From Lingula anatina (taxonomy: Eukaryota; Animalia; Brachiopoda), in NCBI GenBank assembly GCA_051362555.1, contig CM120640.1:25158225-25222224 (forward strand): 64,000 nucleotides of DNA. The letters run 5' to 3'. Numbering within the stretch: position 1 is the stretch's first letter; each line of letters starts with the position of its first letter. Under the pieces are notes generated by a model, which was not told where the DNA came from, did no database searches, and worked only from the letters and a program-made list of their open reading frames with translations. A program made the position numbers and the translations under genes. This document shows, one piece after another, positions 57,446 through 64,000 of the stretch.

Positions 57446-58193
57446 CTCACCACTCAAGATTTCAGAGTGGCATTGTACAATTAAGAGTGTTGAATATCTT
57501 TTGGCCTTCTGACGTCTGCAATCATCTTTCGCGTTTGAAGAAATTAAACGGCCCCAATGGCCATGAAACGCAAAGATAGCAAGAAACTCAATGAAGCCGC
57601 GGTAGCCATGACCTGCTTGACAGGCTGCAGCTAACTATTGGATTCACTACGAAGACGACCGAACTCCGGAACGGATTTTCGCGATAGCGATGATTTCTTA
57701 GAAAATTTATTGACCATATATTATAGTTTAGTTTAGATATATTATACCAAACCATCCAAAACACATTAAAATTTAGCTTAGACACGTAGAGAGCAAATTC
57801 AAGCGTAGAGCGATAACCATTAAAAATAGTGACGACGGCGGGGGGGGGGGGGGGGGGGGGGTTGTGGTGGTGGTGGTGGTAGAAATCTTATTCCCATTAA
57901 GCTCTTCTTTCTGCCTCAGAAAAAAGTGGTGGTGGTGGTAAATCTAACCCTTTACCGTTTTAATGTCATCTACAATATTTTAACGTCGCATTCTTTGATT
58001 CACTTTTTTGGTTGGACATAGATTTTACGCGCTATAGTTGTTATAAACATCGTGCTATAGAGCTTACAAACATGGCAGCTTCCATGTATGTCGAGCATGC
58101 TTTCATTTGATTAGTATAAGTTTTAACAAATCCTTCTTTCTGTGAGTGTATTCACCGACTTTATGACTACTTAGTCTAGGTGTTATTGAAATA
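57446..58193. promoter_or_regulatory. Putative TESK non-coding first exon and head-to-head promoter with ZNF593
   Basis: CpG-rich island in CpG-poor surroundings. Minus-strand donor GTGAGT at 57445, a poly-G/(GGT)n tract at 57840-57880, and a YY1-like AAACATGGCAGC near 58068. Confidence 0.5.
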
Positions 58194-58387
58194 ATGGGTC
58201 GACTTGCGAGAAAAAAGCAGCATAAAGGCGACAAGCCGCTGAAAGAAAAGTACAGAACAAGACGAAAAACGAAGGATTTAGATGAAATTCATGAAGACAT
58301 GAAAGCAGGGAATGCAAAGAAACTGTTGAACCAGCCTATTGATCACGATTTGCCGGGTAGCGGTCAGCATTACTGCCTGCATTGCGC
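58194..58387 (+). CDS. ZNF593: Zinc finger protein 593 (Bud20 homolog), first coding exon
   Basis: [18 protein letters not shown]...[16 protein letters not shown] followed by a GTAAGC donor at 58388. No downstream exon was recognised in the window. Confidence 0.93.
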
Positions 58388-58888
58388 GTAAGCTTACTAT
58401 ACGTGTTTGAAAAATATATTTTCGGCACTTTTGCAGTATTTCCCTCACCACTTAATTAACTCTGATTTTTAATATCCTTTCTAAACTTGTATGTGTGGTG
58501 CGTTTGGTGACTTTTAGCATTGTCTTTGCTATTCAGATAAATTAGTTTTGCAATTCATTTACTATTTTAAATATGTTTTTAACAAGTCATTGAAATTTTA
58601 TGCCTTCGACATATAATGAGAGTCCGAGTTATCACGAGTGAAATTTTGCTGTAATCACATTGGCCAAAGAGCTTGAAGGTTTATTAAAAAAGAAAAAAGT
58701 TTGTAAATTTCTAAACTTATTTATTTAAATAGTTAGACATTGATCAAAGATGCCACATAATTTTACTCTGATTAACATTTAGAATTAGAGTTACAGCGTG
58801 AGGGAAGTTGCAAAAGTACCATGTACTGCATATATCTGAACTGTCCAAATTGTTGCTAGCTATAGAGGTGGCAAAAAAAAAAAAAAAA

Positions 58889-58892
<4 letters not shown>

Positions 58893-58929
<37 letters not shown>
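58893..58929. repeat. (AAT)n microsatellite
   Basis: Trinucleotide run following a poly-A tract. Confidence 0.9.
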
Positions 58930-60475
58930 CAAACCCAATATTAGTGGCATTACCCTCTTTGATATTCTGACTATAGCTGACTACCGGACCCTGACTACTA
59001 ACATTTGTATGAATTTTGTGTTGACATACATGTACTATGTAACAGGCCTTAAGGGAGGATTTCTCTTGCAGGCAATTACACAACAATATGCATTATTCAT
59101 AAATTATATTTCCTAGAGCTCCTGTTACCTCACTTTTTGACCTTACATGTTATATTACTTCAAGGTTTTTACCAGGGATAAGGCCTCAAACAAACACTCA
59201 GTGCAAAAATATCCACATCCTGGCTATAAGGCTGAAACTTCATGTGCCAAAAATGTATGAATTCTTAGAAAGCAGTTTAAAAGTGACATGCAAAACTGAT
59301 GTTAAATTGTTATTCAACAGAACTTGAGAGAAAGCAACCCTAAAAAAGAAATTGCCCATAAACAAATTCTGTCAGTTTGCATTGCTTCCACACAGGTGTT
59401 GCTAGTCTGCCATTAATTCTGACACCACTCTCCTACAAAACCTAAGAAATTTCACTTAATTTTACATTAAGTTTGAAGATTTGGGGTATTTCTGATTATC
59501 AACACCGAGATCCCTACCCGAATACATAGGCACTAAATAAAAATGATTAATAAACTTTAAGACAACCATGCATGTGAGACAACCCATCTTGCCTTATAAA
59601 TCATTGTAATTTTTTCATTAGATAGGAAACACAATTTTTGGTGAGATGGGAATAAAATTTTTTGTTTTAGATGTAAAAAAAACAAGGTCAGTTTTTGGCA
59701 ATAGGCATTCTCCCTTGCTCCGGTCTTCAAGAGTATTTACAGATATAATACATGGTGATTTACTTGATTGGTCTTTGAGTGTAAAAGTTCAAGATTCCTC
59801 AGTCATTGTAATAAAAAATAAAAAAAGGTTAAGTAAATATTTTCAAACTAACTTATGTTAATACAATCCTCACAGAACAATACATAAGAGCACATACATT
59901 GTGGTTGTATGTGGCCAACTTGATTGATCTAACATGATGTACATGTCAATGATGATGTAAATGACTGGGTATAGTTGTGTGACAAGGTTCTTTAAAAATA
60001 TTGACATAGTTGCATTTGTTAGAATTTATTGATTTTTTAAAGCAACATAATATTATGCAAGCTTTGTATGGCATAATAACAATATTGTTTTAATGGTCTT
60101 TTTTTAATTGACCAAGTAAATTGTGCATGTAGTGTTTTGTAGCAATATTACTCGGTAGTAATCACTGGTAATGCACGTTTGCATCTCAACACAATATTCA
60201 GGATCAGCATCTGTAGTCCAGCATTAGTGAATTATGTGTAAAAACACCAGGCTGGATTACAGATCCGGTCACACTTAGGCACTGTTAAATATTCAACATA
60301 GAGGGAAATTATAGTGAAAAAGTCCATTTTTCATAATGGCCATATCAAATATTATCAGAGCCATTAAATATGAAGACTTAATTTTGTCCAAGACTTGTCC
60401 ACCTTTAACCAGTGATGGACTCCTAGCCAATCATTACTACTTTTAAAATTTTGTATAAATTTTTTCAAAATTTAA

Positions 60476-63400
60476 GAGCTTGTCCACGAGAGAACCAGCC
60501 CAGGGTGGCAAGGTGGGGGTCAGCGGATTTCAACCAAATTTGTTGTATGGAGGCATATTAGGAAGTTATTCATGAGTTAGGAAGGAATCCCAAAAATATC
60601 CTTTCTTCAGAGAATTATAGCCTATTATAAGTCATGGCTTATGTAGGCTCTTTGAGACTCCATTTTTACCTTGGAAAAATAATGATATATTTTGTGTAAA
60701 TTAAACAAAAATGGAGAAAACTAAAAAATATTAGACCTTACAATCATTGAAAACAATCATTTGGCTTGCCACAGATATATGTAGAATTCAGATAAGACCC
60801 TGCTTGGGCGAGCCACACCCATTTATAACACCCCTCCCCCCAAAGTCCAATTTTGATACTACCATCTTTAATTGCATATATCTCCATCTTCACAGGGTTT
60901 ACAGCTATAAAACTGCATGAATATTTTAGGCAGATATGGGTCATTCCAAATCAAGTTTCAAAAGTTACTGCTGTATTAAAACAGGTACTGAAAAATACCT
61001 CCAAAGTTGGCCATTTTTAAGGCAAAAAATCGTGGTGGATTCATTCAAGTCTATGTAGACGATAGGTTCGATTAATTTATTAAACCATTTTGCTCTACAA
61101 TGATGTTACTAAATTAATAGGGCTGGTGAACATGGAAAGTGGGTGTGTACTAATGAACATCAGGTCAGTAGGTCAAGGTCACTGGGCTTCATATTTGTAA
61201 ATTGCCATATATGGACTTCTTAATTTATATGGACAAAAAATTTAGAGGAAATAAATGATAGATTCTGTTACTTTGGATAGGCACTGGCAATTAACTTGAG
61301 AGTTTACAAGATAATTTTAATATATATATATTTTTTTAATATCATCAATTTGGTGAATACAAATTAAAATCTTAGTTTAGTAGCGATTTCTTTTTGGTGC
61401 AATATTTATCATATAGAGATCAGGATATGCCATAGTATTTATGATAGCAAAGCCAGAACAAATCTATTTCAATTATCAAGAGTTTTTTTTAATCATCCAC
61501 ACCACTTTTTGGTGACTATTTATGAGCATACAGTAACTAAAAAATTATTCAATTTAGTTTATTGTTGTCTCAGATGAATAATTACAAATAATAAAAAAAA
61601 TCACAAAATTATAATATAGCAATACATGCAAAGCAGTGCAACATTAGTTGTGATCATTACAAACTATATCATAATGTAGCAAAACAAGATAATTTTCTAT
61701 TCAAAAAAGCAAAACTAACACAACCGCAAAATATATCCTGGTGTTATGAAACATCTTTGCAGTTTTGTATCAAACATTACAGCTCATAACATCAAAGTTT
61801 TTAATACATTCAAAAATAACCGCCGATTTTTTCTTCCTGAATAGTCTGTAACCCTCCTTACTGACATTTCAATCTCATCTTCATGCTCACAAATGCTAGG
61901 TTCTGCTGGCCTGTTTCTTGTGCCCTTCTAAACTCCTTCAGTAAAAACTCCTTTACTTTATTTGAATATAGTTTCAAAGGTTTAGATGACTTTAAAGCTC
62001 ATCCATTGTGTAACTCAGTGAGATATTCAAGAGGGTGGAGTTCTCTCACAGCTGATGTGCTTTAAGTTTTTCTTTAGTCAGATTGTTGGCCCACTAGACT
62101 TTAATTTGATCAAAAGCTTTTTTTTTTGGCACATTTCATAACTGTGGTCTAAAAAAAGACCTTACAAATACTCTTCAGTCTTAGTAGCAAAAGATTTCAG
62201 AGAAAACTTCTCTGGACAAGAAAAAATTTCCCTGTTTGTGAGCTTGCTTGGTATAGTCCCAGTTGGCATATTTGCCTCAGAAAAACCCAAATTAACTTTA
62301 AAGCAATAATAACTCTTTGTTTTTGCCAAAAAATGAATTTTCCTGGAGTAAACATCAATTTTCCCATACTTACCAATGGTTAATGAATCCATTTTTACAT
62401 TCAAAGACGGTCCCTGGTTTTTTTCTAAAAAGTTTGGTTTTTTGTTAAAATCTCTTAAGAGATTTTAACAGAGTATAGACATCAATGGAGGTCACGTGGT
62501 CTAAAGACAAGTTCAGATATCAGAATAATAGTTATAACTGCTGTTTTTGTGGTAAAACAGAATATATTATATTTCTATGAGTTATTCACAGGGTTTTTAT
62601 TGTAAAATATAGATCTCATACGAAGAGTTATTATCCCTTTAACATCAGTATCACTCATGTTAAAACTGCTCAAGGAAGGAAGACACCTTTTCTCATGTTG
62701 TAGGAATCAAGAAAGCTAAATTGTTGTAATTGGACACTCCAGTCCACGCAGGTTTGGAAGATGTCTGTCTAGCTGGATGTAGAAAATGGCTCCAACTGCA
62801 GAAACTAGGGCCTCATGCATCTCCTCAGCATTTGTTATATTGTGGCTTTCATTTACATACATGCCTTTCTACAACAGCCATCATTTCCACACTAGTTTCA
62901 GTTTCTGCAAGACTTTGGACTCTTTTGCTGACCATAAGATCACTGTGTGTCAAATAACACTTCTCAAATATGCCTGAAATATAAATATAGCTTACTATAG
63001 ACACATGAAAACACTTATCTGAAAGTTAATTGATACATTGATGAAAAATAAATTATTATCCCATTTGTCCATGTTTTATAAGTAAGGCATGGTTTTGAAT
63101 ATTAATTATGATGAGCCTAGCAATTTTGCCAAGACCAGCCCTAGCTTCAATCTAATTCCAATTGTTACCCTTAAATTTATTTTACCCAAGTACCATTAAA
63201 CCTACATAAATACCCACACAAATATAGCTTAAAAGATAAAATTATCACAGGTCCTTAGGCTGCAATTTCATTATTTGAAAGGGGGCATTTTTCTTTTTAA
63301 AAAAATGGAGCGTTTACCATTAAAAAATTACACCTAGATCATTTTTCTGAGTGAACTTTTTTTCTGGATTTTAGCCTGTATAAAAATACAAACAAACCCG

Positions 63401-64000
63401 TTTCTTACCTGAACCAAGTGGCACAAGTGGCATCAGTATATTCAAATGGCTTTTTGTCTACACTGACATCTGCAAGTTAATCCCATGACATATTTCGTTA
63501 TAGGCTCGTTTTCCCCTGTGTGGATGGTTTCCAGCACAAACCAAGCCCATATCCCAGTGCTGGTCACATGGTGTAACCCATTTATTCTCCCAAAGATACT
63601 TGAAAAAGTCCAATTGCTGTCATCGGATACAAAAGAATTCACACCTGACAAGAATCAGTGTGCTTTCGTAACTCACGCTGTTTTGCTTCACGTAAACGCG
63701 ACGAAGATGACTGTTAATATCTCTGTTGCAATTTTTCAATACACTTCATGTTTTTTTATATCTGTAGACAGAGTATAAACCACATGATATACGACTTCGT
63801 TGAGGAAGATTTGTAAACAAACAGTCTGCGATTTCCGCCATGTTGGATAATGACGTTGTGTTGTTCTGACGTTAGTACATTAGTTCATTAGTTTCACATG
63901 GTTTTAAAATGTGTTAGATGCTTGTTTTAACCAGAAAAAAATTAGAATAGGTAAAATGAAAATAAAAAGTTCAACTAACAGTGTTTTAAACCATTCGTTG
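60476..64000 (-). mobile_element. Decayed DNA transposon, Sola3-like; probably extends past the window end
   Basis: Disrupted minus-strand transposase-like fragments: CNRDINSHL...ESTLILVR (~63700), HGINLQMS*...LVPLGS (~63420-63490), YVNESHNITNAEEMHEALVS (~62800-62860), WTGVSNYNNLAF (~62710-62745), IFSCPE (~62215), G*ALKSSK...KEFLLKEF...ETGQQ (~61900-62005). Candidate terminus TTAA|GAG at 60472-60478. The family assignment rests on remembered motifs and termini, not on a search. Confidence 0.5.

Noticed and set aside
58744-59116. ORFs with poly-Ile, poly-Tyr and poly-Lys
   Set aside because: Translations of (AAT)n and poly-A tracts.

Overview
AT-rich, intron-containing eukaryotic genomic DNA. 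The gene content (SMN, SERF, SUB1, TESK, ZNF593, a death-domain protein) points to an invertebrate animal; the species cannot be determined from this window. Exon models were spliced by hand using splice sites and phase. Eight genes are supported, in order: the 3' part of SMN (+), SERF (-), SUB1/PC4 (+), a Roc-COR-death-domain GTPase with a large multi-pass membrane block inserted inside the G-domain (-), a 12-exon SPX-VTC-DUF202-beta-propeller gene resembling the fungal/protist polyphosphate polymerase Vtc4 (-), a GT31 beta-1,3-glycosyltransferase (+), TESK (-), and the first coding exon of ZNF593 (+). Also present are a decayed Sola3-like DNA transposon downstream of that exon, several MITEs and microsatellites. 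The two standouts are the intact, spliced Vtc4-like gene in an animal context (animals are generally described as lacking VTC) and the neighbouring membrane-embedded Roco-death protein. No searches were run, so novelty claims need database confirmation.
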